A stretch of 64,000 nt of DNA from assembly GCA_051884875.1 (NCBI GenBank), contig JBJEWD010000025.1, positions 58,514-122,513 on the forward strand, read 5' to 3'. This document shows positions 1-8,444 of this stretch, piece by piece. The notes below the pieces were generated by a model. The model worked only from the letters and a program-made list of their open reading frames with translations. It did no database searches and was not told the DNA's origin. Origin of the DNA: Kiritimatiellia bacterium. Lineage in GTDB: Bacteria; Verrucomicrobiota; Kiritimatiellia; RFP12; UBA1067. Position 1 is the first letter of the stretch, and every line of letters begins with the position of its first letter. Made by a program: the position numbers and the translations under genes.

Positions 1-3000
1 TGTCGTAGATTCCGCCGTAGACGCCGAGAATGGCGAACCGGTTGCCGACCGTCGCGTAAGGCTCGGCCTCCGGCGCGGCCAGAACCACCCGGGGATTGTC
101 CTTGCTGACGGAGGCGGCGTTTTTCTTGATGCGCAGCACGACGCCCGCGCGCGCGCCGGACTTGTAGACCGAAATCGGCAGATACGCCCACTGCGCGCCA
201 TCATCGCCGGTCGACGCGCCCGAGAGATACGCGTAGCCGCTGAACGCGCGCCCGTTGGGCAGCATGCCGGCGTAGGAAACCTTGCCCAGGCGGCTGAACG
301 TCGAGGTCGACATCTTCAGGTTCACGTATCCGGTTCCCGTCGGGAACGTCGTGCCGCCGTTGCCGACCGGGCCGAGGAACGGCAGCGTGACGGTGTAGTA
401 GCCGGCGTAGGCGGAAAGGTTGCCGTTGATCACCGGGTATCCGCCCAAGGTGCTCAGCGTCGAGCCGTAGCTGTTCGCCAGGCCCGCGATCCGCAATGTC
501 GCCTTGCCGTTGCCGTCGATCGCGAAGTTCATCGAAACGCTGCCGCGGCTGTAGGCGAGCGAAATCGTGCCCGAATCGTCGAGCGTCAGCACGCCGGAGC
601 CGGTAACGCGCGCATTGTCCGCGCCGCGGTAGGATACGCTCGCGCGACCCGTGCGATAGGCTTTGACCGTGGCCACGCCCGCGAGAACGTCGTAGCCGTT
701 GCTCTTGCCGTAGACCGGAACCGAAGCGTAGACCGTGGTGCCCGCGGTGAGGACGGGGTTGTACCCGGCCTGGCCGGGCGTCAGCTTGGTCGGGTCGACC
801 ACGGTGACGGTGAACGTCGAGGCGGTGCCGGTGGCCGTCTTGTCGGAACGGCGCTCGGTGACGGCGACGGTGAATTTGTAGCTGCCGGCGCGGGTGGGCT
901 TGCCGGAGAACACCAGCTGCTTGCTGCTCGAATCGTAGACGAGTTTCATTCCGCTCGGGAGCGAGCCGCCGCGCACGACGCTCACGTGCTTGTTTTCGCG
1001 GATGTTGTTGACGGCGTAGCGGCTTTCGTGCGTCATGCCCTTGTAGAGGCGCAGGGAGTAATCGGCCTCGGGCAGCACGGGATCGTCGGAATCGCTGATC
1101 TTCAGCGAAAACTTCGTGTTACCGCCGAGCGCAGCGGCGGTAGCAGCCGATTTGACGAGCGTCAGCACGAAAGTCTCCTCGGCGTGGAACGTCGCGTCCT
1201 GGGCGATTTTGTAGGTAAGCGTCTTCGATCCGGAAACGCCGTCGCCCCAGGTGAACGTGCTGGCGGAAAGGCTTACCCGACCGGTGCCGAGGCTGCCCGA
1301 GTCGACCGAAACGGTTACCGTAGCCGCGCCGGACGAGCCGCCCGTGCGGGCGATCGTGATCGTGCCGGAGCCGTCGGCTTCGAGTTTGGAGGCCGAGGCG
1401 ACGGCGAACTGGATGCTGCCGGGAACCCAAAGCTGATAGGTGAGCGTGGCGTTGGCCGACGCGCTCATTGTCACGTCGCCGGTCAAATTGGCCGTGTAGG
1501 TGCCGTCGGTGTTCGCGGTAAACCCTGCGTAGCTGGAGAACCCGGAGAGCTTGTATTTAGACCCTTTCACGACGCTCAGCTTGACGACGCCGCTCTTCGT
1601 GGTGAACGTGGACGCTTTTTCGACGGGAACGAGCGTCATGGTCGATCTGACCGTGAATTGATAGGCGGTGTTTCCGCCGAATACGCTCAGATTGTCGCCG
1701 TAATGCGAAACGGCCAGATACTTGTTTTGGCCGTCGGCGAAAGTCACCGTGAGCGAGCCGGCGGCCGAGCCGAGCTTTTTCGCGTTGGCCAGCGTCGAGG
1801 ACGTTTCGTATACGGTCAGAACCGGCGTGACGGCGGACTGCCCCCTTGTCGCTTGCACCTCGAATGCGACCTTGCCCGCGGGCACGTTTGCGAGCTTGAA
1901 GAAAGTGGTGTTGGCGTTTACCTGTCCGCCGCCCTGAGAGGTCTCTTCAATCGAAAGCGTCTTGGTGGTGGTGGAAGGCGCCGAATCGCGCATATTGCTG
2001 CCATCGAGAGCCAACAGCTCGTTGAGACGGCTGAGCGTTTCCGCCAGCGAAAGGCCCCACGAAGTGGTTGCGCTGTCGCAACCGCTCAGCAGATGCGCCG
2101 CGGCCGTGCCGTCGGAATTGACGAGAATGAGCGTGGGATAGCCCGTGCGCATCGCCTCGGGGGCCACCAGCTTGCCGCCTTTGTAGAGCAGGTCGTGGTT
2201 GCGCTGCAGGATTTTCTCGGCGTCGGCCACGGCAATATCCTTGCGGCTGAGATAAGCCGCGCCCGACTTGCCGTTCGAACCGATCTCGTAGCGCAGCAGC
2301 GTGGGCGGCGCGCCGTCGTTCTTCGTGCCGACGGACGTGACGTTGCCGTTGGCGTCCTTGATATCGGAAGCGGAACGCTTGGGGTTGTCGAGAAGCACGA
2401 GATTGACGTTGTTGGCCTTCGCCCACGCGGTGAAATTGGTCGTGGCCAGAACCTTCGATTCGAGCGACGCGCAATACGGGCACCACAAAACGCCCGAGGC
2501 ATAGGCCAGCGTGTACTGGCGGGTGGTCGTGGCCGCTTTGGCTTTCGCGAGCGCGGCGTCGAGATCCATCGTCCATTCGCCCGCCGAGAAACTCTCGCCG
2601 ATCCACTTCGGGTTGGTGAGCGAAACGGCCGGCGCGTTGACAATAGTGACGTAGGTGGTCGATTTGACCGTTTTGCCGTCCGCAGCAAGCAGATTCAGCG
2701 TCAGCTTCGTTCCGGCCGCCTGGCCGGAGGGCAGCGTGCATTTGACAACCTGGTTGGTCACGCCCTTCGCCCAGATGACGCTCGACGACGTTCCGCCGAC
2801 GACCTGCAGAGTGTTCGTCGCCACCACGCTCGCCGTGCGAACCAGCGGGATGTTGACGGACGTCTTGCCGACGAGTGCTTCGAGCCGGGCGTTGGCGGTG
2901 TTGTTCGTCACGGTGAAATAACCGCCGGTATAATCCTCGGCCGGCTTGTAGCTGCCGAAATACTGGTTCAGGCCCGCCACAAACTGCGCACCCGTCGTTC

Positions 3001-3466
3001 CCGAAACGTAGGGCGGAATCGACCCTTTGCGTCCGCTGAAATCTACCTTCACCTGCGAGCCGTCGGCCTTCTTCCAGTAGAAGGTCATGAAAGGATAAAG
3101 TCCGGAAGTGTTGGAACCCTTGATGAACTTCTTCGCATCCGTCATCACCAATGTTTCGCTGGCGGCAACCTCGACGAAGCACATTACGATTTTATGCGTT
3201 TGCACCCACTCGAGAAACTCGCTCGACAACAGCCCCGATGATTTCATGAGTGCGCAATACCCGCATCCGGAAGAGCCCCAAAAACCGACAAACGGAACAT
3301 TGTGCGCGTCGGCATAGGCCTTGGCCGCGGCAAAATCGCTCGTCCAATACCCTAGGCGCACGCCGGAAGTATCGTGCTCGATTTCCACTTGCGTAACGGC
3401 TCGAACCTGGAACGCCAACGCCGTCAAAAAGACGAACAACGCCCCTTTCCACCATTTTCCGATCAT
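1..3466 (-). CDS. Large secreted multidomain protein, partial (3' end runs off the window). It has a signal peptide, two thioredoxin-like CxxC modules, beta-sandwich repeats and a Calx-beta-like module.
   Basis: Hand translation from the ATG at 3466-3464 (MIGKWWKGALFVFLTALAFQ...) showed no stop in the stretches checked. This minus-strand frame has no separate ORFs in the track, which fits one open frame leaving the window. It contains FWGSSGCGYCALM and VLWCPYCASLE, plus a Calx-beta-like stretch (TITIARTGGSSGAATVTVSV...ETFVLTLV). Its start overlaps the stop of the upstream PPIase gene (ATGA). Confidence 0.7.
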   Translation of the reverse strand, partial: MIGKWWKGALFVFLTALAFQVRAVTQVEIEHDTSGVRLGYWTSDFAAAKAYADAHNVPFVGFWGSSGCGYCALMKSSGLLSSEFLEWVQTHKIVMCFVEVAASETLVMTDAKKFIKGSNTSGLYPFMTFYWKKADGSQVKVDFSGRKGSIPPYVSGTTGAQFVAGLNQYFGSYKPAEDYTGGYFTVTNNTANARLEALVGKTSVNIPLVRTASVVATNTLQVVGGTSSSVIWAKGVTNQVVKCTLPSGQAAGTKLTLNLLAADGKTVKSTTYVTIVNAPAVSLTNPKWIGESFSAGEWTMDLDAALAKAKAATTTRQYTLAYASGVLWCPYCASLESKVLATTNFTAWAKANNVNLVLLDNPKRSASDIKDANGNVTSVGTKNDGAPPTLLRYEIGSNGKSGAAYLSRKDIAVADAEKILQRNHDLLYKGGKLVAPEAMRTGYPTLILVNSDGTAAAHLLSGCDSATTSWGLSLAETLSRLNELLALDGSNMRDSAPSTTTKTLSIEETSQGGGQVNANTTFFKLANVPAGKVAFEVQATRGQSAVTPVLTVYETSSTLANAKKLGSAAGSLTVTFADGQNKYLAVSHYGDNLSVFGGNTAYQFTVRSTMTLVPVEKASTFTTKSGVVKLSVVKGSKYKLSGFSSYAGFTANTDGTYTANLTGDVTMSASANATLTYQLWVPGSIQFAVASASKLEADGSGTITIARTGGSSGAATVTVSVDSGSLGTGRVSLSASTFTWGDGVSGSKTLTYKIAQDATFHAEETFVLTLVKSAATAAALGGNTKFSLKISDSDDPVLPEADYSLRLYKGMTHESRYAVNNIRENKHVSVVRGGSLPSGMKLVYDSSSKQLVFSGKPTRAGSYKFTVAVTERRSDKTATGTASTFTVTVVDPTKLTPGQAGYNPVLTAGTTVYASVPVYGKSNGYDVLAGVATVKAYRTGRASVSYRGADNARVTGSGVLTLDDSGTISLAYSRGSVSMNFAIDGNGKATLRIAGLANSYGSTLSTLGGYPVINGNLSAYAGYYTVTLPFLGPVGNGGTTFPTGTGYVNLKMSTSTFSRLGKVSYAGMLPNGRAFSGYAYLSGASTGDDGAQWAYLPISVYKSGARAGVVLRIKKNAASVSKDNPRVVLAAPEAEPYATVGNRFAILGVYGGIYD

Positions 3467-4908
3467 TTTTTGCCTCCTTTAGATGATTTGGTCTTTTTGT
3501 GCAGCAAAGTGATTTTGACCTCGCTCTTGAGCTTGCCTTCAGCCATGGCCTTTTCCAGCGCGGCGGCTTGGGCTTGGCGAGTTCGTTCCCCGAGCTTTTG
3601 CCTGCGCACTTCGTCCGCGGCGGATTGCTCGTCCAATTCCGGCAGAATCGGTGTTTTCTCCAGCATGATCTGTTGAACGTGCACGCGCGAGGGCGATCGC
3701 GCCTCGGTTTCGGGCGCGAGCGCGGCGAAAAAGCCAACTCCGGCAATCGCCCCGGCCGCCCAGATCGCGCCGCACGTCGCAATGCGCGCCCGGACGGAGC
3801 GGCGCCGAAGCGCCAGTGCCGACAACACGCTCAGCGCCAGCGCCGCCAGCGCGATTGCCGCCAAAGGCACGGCGGCATTCGCCGGCGACGATTGCCGCGC
3901 TGGCGCAACAGAGGCGGCCTCGTGCTCGTCGTCATCGTCGTAGCAGCGCTCGAGAATCTTGATGATGTGGTAGGAATAAGGGGTTTCGATAACCTTGCTC
4001 ATCTGCGCCATAGAAGGTGCGAAGATGAAATCCTTCAACGGCTGGAGCAAGTTGTTGTTGTCCGCATCGAAAAAGCCCCAATCGCCGTTGTCCATGCTCG
4101 AACCGCAATCGGAATACTCGTAGGCCGCCTCGCCGAAATCCAGCTTCCCCGACCGGATTTTCCGGTACAAATCTTCGATTTTCGCCCTCAAAAGCGTGTT
4201 GGTCGCCGCGGCGGACTCATTAGCCCGGCGGCGGTCGGCAATGCACTCGGCAAGCTCGGCCGGCGTAACTTCGATCGCCGGGGCGAGAATCTGCTCGCGG
4301 TATTTCCGCGTCAAAAGGTAATTCGCCTGCCGCCGGGCGAAATAGCCGTCTTTCTTGAGCAGTTGGGCGGCGACTTCCCCGTCGCCGCCTCTGCCGACCG
4401 ACTTCTCGACGGCCTTCTTCAAGGCGGCGGACAACTCTTCTTCGGTTATCGATAAATTCGCTTTTTTCGCCTCGGCGGCCAGCAGCGCCTCTTTCAGATA
4501 GGCGTTGGCCGCGATTTCTTCCATCCTGATTTTGGAATTGGCGATGATCGTATTGACCTGTTCAAGCGTCGCCTGCGGAGGAATGTTCAAGGGCGAGGCC
4601 TTGAGCTGCAGCTCGACGTAATCTTCCAGATCGCCCCAGGTGAGCTTTTCGCCGTCAAAATCCAGGCAAATATCGTCGCGACCGTGGGCCAGGCGCTCGT
4701 TGCGCTTTTCCTGATTGATCTTCGCCGAACCGCGCCCGACGGAATCTTTCAGCTCGATGCGTCCGCCGACGATCCTGTTCGTATTGATTGCAATGCCCGC
4801 GCCACCGGCAGATTTGGACAAGCCCGTATCGCCGCCGGGGAGCTCTTGGGCGGCAACGTTGCCGGCGATTGCCCAGACAACGAAAAGATATGCGGCTTTT
4901 CCATTCAT
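3463..4908 (-). CDS. Parvulin-type peptidyl-prolyl cis-trans isomerase (SurA/PpiD-like) with predicted membrane-spanning segments near the C-terminus
   Basis: Track ORF 3463..4953. The parvulin region is ...SSMDNGDWGFFDADNN...ETPYSYHIIKILER. The ATG at 4908 gives the signal-like N-terminus MNGKAAYLFVVWAIAGNVAAQ. The GTG at 4953 is the longest alternative start. Confidence 0.8.
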   Translation of the reverse strand: MNGKAAYLFVVWAIAGNVAAQELPGGDTGLSKSAGGAGIAINTNRIVGGRIELKDSVGRGSAKINQEKRNERLAHGRDDICLDFDGEKLTWGDLEDYVELQLKASPLNIPPQATLEQVNTIIANSKIRMEEIAANAYLKEALLAAEAKKANLSITEEELSAALKKAVEKSVGRGGDGEVAAQLLKKDGYFARRQANYLLTRKYREQILAPAIEVTPAELAECIADRRRANESAAATNTLLRAKIEDLYRKIRSGKLDFGEAAYEYSDCGSSMDNGDWGFFDADNNNLLQPLKDFIFAPSMAQMSKVIETPYSYHIIKILERCYDDDDEHEAASVAPARQSSPANAAVPLAAIALAALALSVLSALALRRRSVRARIATCGAIWAAGAIAGVGFFAALAPETEARSPSRVHVQQIMLEKTPILPELDEQSAADEVRRQKLGERTRQAQAAALEKAMAEGKLKSEVKITLLHKKTKSSKGGKK

Positions 4909-4986
4909 GGCGCAAAGGACAATGGGGGTCAGGCGCAAGCACCCAACCCCCACTGCGCTATTAGCTGATTTGAATCAGCATGTCAA

Positions 4987-5643
4987 TTACTTGACCGTGG
5001 CCGACCAAGTGCCGCCCATATAAGCGGTGATCTCATCGGCGTCGAAGCTATTGCAATCATCTTCGTAGCCAGCCTCGTCAAGGCAGGTCTCGAAGCAACC
5101 GACGAACCAACCGGAGTACTTCTTGAGCGTCACCTGCGGAACGCAGCCGAGGATTTCCTCATCTTCGCCGCAAGCACCGCCGCTGATGGTCTGGTTCTTG
5201 GTGACGTAGATCTTGGCCGAGCCGAAAGCAACCTGAGTGATGCTGACGACGTCGATATCCTGATCTTCAAAACCAAGAGCGATGTCGGTTTCGGCCGAGT
5301 AGGTCTTGCCGGGCTTCATCGTGTTCTCATTGGTAGCATTCTCGAGGTTCTTGCCGAAAACGGTAAGCTTGTAGACTTCGCCGTCTTCGAGGAGCCAATC
5401 GTAAGTCTCCTTGCCGATCTTGACCGTGAGCGCCTCGGTGACGTACTCGCCGATAACGAGCGTGCCCTTGCCCGAGATCTTCTGCACCGTCTTGTAGGTA
5501 TTCTTGTACTCGGTGGCGGTCTTGCCAGAGAGCTTGACGGTCATCTCGAGGCAATCCTCGACGTCGGGGGTTTCAGCGCAAACACCGGCGTAAATACCGG
5601 CGGTCATGGCCGCAACGGCGGCTGCAATCATGAGCTTCTTCAT
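4987..5643 (-). CDS. Secreted hypothetical protein (218 aa, signal peptide, Cys-containing)
   Basis: Track ORF with protein-like composition and the N-terminal signal MKKLMIAAAVAAMTAGIYAGVCA. I recognise no family. Confidence 0.7.
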   Translation of the reverse strand: MKKLMIAAAVAAMTAGIYAGVCAETPDVEDCLEMTVKLSGKTATEYKNTYKTVQKISGKGTLVIGEYVTEALTVKIGKETYDWLLEDGEVYKLTVFGKNLENATNENTMKPGKTYSAETDIALGFEDQDIDVVSITQVAFGSAKIYVTKNQTISGGACGEDEEILGCVPQVTLKKYSGWFVGCFETCLDEAGYEDDCNSFDADEITAYMGGTWSATVK

Positions 5644-5950
5644 TGTATTTGTTTCCTTTTGCTTTTTCCTTGGCGCGTTCGTTTCACCGAAGTTGCCGCA
5701 GACGGAGCTACCCGTTCGATCCTTTTATTCCGGAGGTATCTTTCCGACCCACTTTTTTACACCCGCGTGAGCACGGTCGACGCACATGTTTCGCCATTCA
5801 GCCGGAGAAGGAAGGTTTGGTTTTCGCATCCCTCCCGACAGAACCCTTCAGTGCCCAAAGGCCGTCATACGACATGCCCGGGTTTGACCCATGGGCCCGG
5901 ACATCTCATCCGAGCTGAATGCCCGCCGATGCGGATGCCAACGCCTGCGC

Positions 5951-6075
5951 TTCTAATGTTCTTCTAATCGCCGTACTGCGGTTTCCCCGGCGACGGCGGC
6001 GGATTTCGGCAGAATAACGGCCAAATCAAAGGGTGAAAGCGCCGCCCGGCTTCTTCTAACCGGCTTCTAACGCGC
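5951..6075 (+). repeat. Two pairs of 11-bp-phased direct repeats with core TTCTAA(T/C)
   Basis: TTCTAATGTTC and TTCTAATCGCC lie at 5951-5972. TTCTAACCGGC and TTCTAACGCGC lie at 6054-6075. The core and phasing match the array upstream of the pst operon. Confidence 0.5.
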
Positions 6076-6111
6076 GCGGGACTGCGGTCGCGCAGGAGCA
6101 CGCCCCTATTA

Positions 6112-7227
6112 TCAGGGGAAAAGCGGCGGGATGCCGCGCAATACCGCATCCACCTTGGCCTGATAGGTGGGCTGGGTGTAGCGCGCATGCATTCCGCCGC
6201 CCCCGTGCCCCGTAATCGAATCGGTTATGTGCGGAGGGATTCCGGCTTCGTCCATCAGCGTGATGAAGGTGGCGCGAAGCGAGTGAAAACTGGCGCGGCC
6301 GTCGCCTTTTTTCCCGATCTTCGCCCGATGGAAGCCGGCGGTGATTTTGCGGGTAGGCCGTTTTCTGGCCGCCGATGAAAACAGATAGCCCTCCCCGGCG
6401 GCCCGACACCGGCGCTCGACGATCTGCCGCGCCTCGCGCACCAATGGGATGGTCAAGGGACGGCGTTTTTTCAGTTTCGTCTTGTTGGGAACGATTTTAA
6501 GGCACCAGTTCGAGGAATCCACCTCGGCGACGGCCAGTTCGGCGACATCGCTCAGGCGCAGTCCCGTATAATAGCCGATCACGACCATGTCGTAAAGCTC
6601 GGCGTAAGTTGGATTCGCCGCTGCGCACGCGCGCAATTCGTCAAGCACGCCGATTACCTCCGCCGTGGTCAGCCGACGGTAGAATTCCCGCTGACGGCCG
6701 GTCGCGGCCGCTGACGGCTTGACGTTCGCGGCGGCCTGCCAGATTCCCGCATCCCAGCCCATCGCCCGCCAGACGTTGCGGAAGAACCGAACCATCCGAT
6801 CGGCGGAAAGGTAGTTCTGGTGCAATCTATAGGCAATCTTCCGGACATCGGCGGACGTCAGGGATTGCGGCGGTTTGTCGGGCGAAAGCTTTCCGAGGTG
6901 GCGCAAATAGCGCCGGTGGTCTTCAAATGTGGCGCTGGCGGGGGTTTCGCCGGTCAAGGCGGCAAAATGGTCGTGGAGGTTCTGCCAGGTGCAGACCTCG
7001 CCGATCGAACAAGTCCTGATTGAACGTTCCGCGCGTCTGCCGATTGCGATCAGGTGATTGAGCCACGCCATATTCTCGTCGGCGATTCCCAACAAATGGT
7101 GGGCGCGAACAACGGCCAGATCGGCATTGTCGGTTTTCAGGGCCACCCATTTGAGTTTGCTGCCCTGATGCACGGTCAAATACCAGCGTCGCCCCTTGCG
7201 TTGCAGCGAACCAAAGCCAAGCTTCAT
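6112..7227 (-). CDS. Tyrosine-type site-specific recombinase/integrase
   Basis: Track ORF 6112..7350. The C-terminal catalytic region contains HSLRATFITLMDEAG (HxxR) and GGGMHARYTQ (catalytic Tyr). I prefer the ATG at 7227 because an extended -10 box lies inside the TTG-started extension. Confidence 0.85.
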   Translation of the reverse strand: MKLGFGSLQRKGRRWYLTVHQGSKLKWVALKTDNADLAVVRAHHLLGIADENMAWLNHLIAIGRRAERSIRTCSIGEVCTWQNLHDHFAALTGETPASATFEDHRRYLRHLGKLSPDKPPQSLTSADVRKIAYRLHQNYLSADRMVRFFRNVWRAMGWDAGIWQAAANVKPSAAATGRQREFYRRLTTAEVIGVLDELRACAAANPTYAELYDMVVIGYYTGLRLSDVAELAVAEVDSSNWCLKIVPNKTKLKKRRPLTIPLVREARQIVERRCRAAGEGYLFSSAARKRPTRKITAGFHRAKIGKKGDGRASFHSLRATFITLMDEAGIPPHITDSITGHGGGGMHARYTQPTYQAKVDAVLRGIPPLFP

Positions 7228-7330
7228 GATGTTGCCCACCGTTGGTGGGGATGCAATGCGCCCATCTTGCTCCGTTTTGCAATTTGCAATTCGTAGTTTC
7301 AGTTCCCTAGTATTTTTGTCGCTTTCATGG

Positions 7331-7339
7331 ATTATACCA
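7331..7339 (-). promoter_or_regulatory. Extended -10 box (TGGTATAAT) upstream of the recombinase gene
   Basis: The reverse complement of 7331-7339 reads TGGTATAAT. It sits about 100 nt upstream of the ATG at 7227. Confidence 0.4.
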
Positions 7340-7352
7340 TATTCGCACAAAT

Positions 7353-7460
7353 GTTAGTCGGTTGCGCGGCGGCCGCGCAACCGACTAACCCGCAGCAGGG
7401 GTGCGCTTCGCTGGGGGTGAGGGCGTGAGGGTTAGGGCTAGCCCCAAAGAAGTTCGCCGA
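7353..7460. repeat. REP-like element, family A (37-nt GC-rich hairpin plus conserved flank)
   Basis: GTTAGTCGGTTGCGCG-GCGGC-CGCGCAACCGACTAAC forms a perfect 16-bp stem. It is followed by CCGCAGCAGGGGTGCGCTTCGCTGGGGGTGAGGGC. Related copies lie at 20940-21320 and 45670-45793. Confidence 0.85.
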
Positions 7461-7610
7461 CGTCATCGCCGCGATGGAACACGAGCGGCATCGCGAATTG
7501 AAAATCTGAAAGCGACGATCATGTCGCTGACGATGGGCATTCGCGCCTACGGCAAGTCGCTGATGCAACCCTGCCGCCATCACCCCAGCGAAGCGTACCC
7601 GCATCACCGA

Positions 7611-7774
7611 CCGTCGAAGGTGAATGCCGGACGCGAAGCCCCAGGTATTCGGCGGAGCGGTAGCGAGAGCCGTACGAATCGGAGTTGAATCAACAGGCGG
7701 GGAACGGGGCTGTCCACCCGATTTATAATAAACACCGATGGTTCGTGCTCCCGCTACCGCTGCGCAGCTTCGCA
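7611..7774 (+). repeat. Dispersed repeat, family B, copy 1 (about 165 bp)
   Basis: Near-identical to 7834-7997. Inverted copies lie at 40021-40347 and 40580-40830. Confidence 0.85.
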
Positions 7775-7833
7775 TAAGACAACCACTTCTTATAGGGGCG
7801 GCGAAGCCGCAGCCTGAAACACCCTTCACCGTT

Positions 7834-7997
7834 CGTCGAAGGTGAATGCCGGACGCGAAGCCCCAGGTATTCGGCGGAGCGGTAGCGAGAGCCGTACGAA
7901 TCGGAGTTGAATCAACAGGCGGGGAACGGGGCTGTCCACCCGATTTATAATAAACACCGATGGTTCGTGCTCCCGCTACCGCTCCGCAGCTTCGCAC
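7834..7997 (+). repeat. Dispersed repeat, family B, copy 2
   Basis: Near-identical to 7611-7774, with about 223 bp between copy starts. Confidence 0.85.
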
Positions 7998-8050
7998 AGA
8001 TCAACCGCTCACCTTCGTAGCCGACCCTCCTTTCATTGCATTTTTCGCAT

Positions 8051-8206
8051 CCTTTGCGTCCTTTGCGTTCTTTGCGGCTAAAACATACTTCTTTTTGCGG
8101 CTAGAACGTAGTTTGCTCTGTCCTGCCATGCCACTAATTTGTGCCTTTGCAGCTTCCCATTTCAGCCGGATGTTTTTGGCCGCAAAGAACGCAAAGGACG
8201 CAAAGG
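8051..8206. mobile_element. MITE-like element, family C (156 bp, perfect 28-bp terminal inverted repeats, no ORF)
   Basis: CCTTTGCGTCCTTTGCGTTCTTTGCGGC at 8051-8078 is the exact reverse complement of 8179-8206. A second copy in inverted orientation lies at 39831-39990. Confidence 0.6.
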
Positions 8207-8444
8207 GGCGTGGACGCGATTCCACGTGCCAGCCGGGTGTTTGGCCGCAAAGGACGCAAAGGGGTGGTGTTGCAAGCCAATGCAAATGTCATCACGGAAG
8301 TGAAATCGTCGTGGCCGCCAGTAGCCGAGCGGTCGGTTTTATCCGCCGCCGTTGCCCTGGAAATCCGCGCGCGTACCCCTTAAGGGGAACGATGAGAGGC
8401 TTTGCTTTGTGTTAGACTTCCTCCGTGACAGGGAGGAGTATTCT

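Noticed and set aside
5644-6111. A tRNA or tmRNA gene as the integration target next to the tyrosine recombinase.
   Set aside because: I scanned both strands by eye for T-arm (GGTTCGAAT-like with a flanking 5-bp stem) and acceptor/CCA features and found none. A GTTCGATCC string near 5712 has no complementary stem. A tRNAscan/ARAGORN run would settle this.
7611-7997. Possible CRISPR array, suggested by regularly spaced repeats.
   Set aside because: The repeats are about 165 bp long with about 223 bp between copy starts. The intervening sequence also recurs at 40.7 kb. There are only two tandem units and no cas genes, so this is not CRISPR architecture.
7332-8415. ORFs 7332..7997(-), 7960..8415(+), 8001..8285(-), 8141..8383(+), 40270..40530(-) and 40467..40826(-) as protein-coding genes.
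   Set aside because: They are translations of the dispersed repeat families A, B and C (recurring peptides such as FASFAFFAAK and PPSPPAKRTPAAG). Their frames are not conserved between copies.
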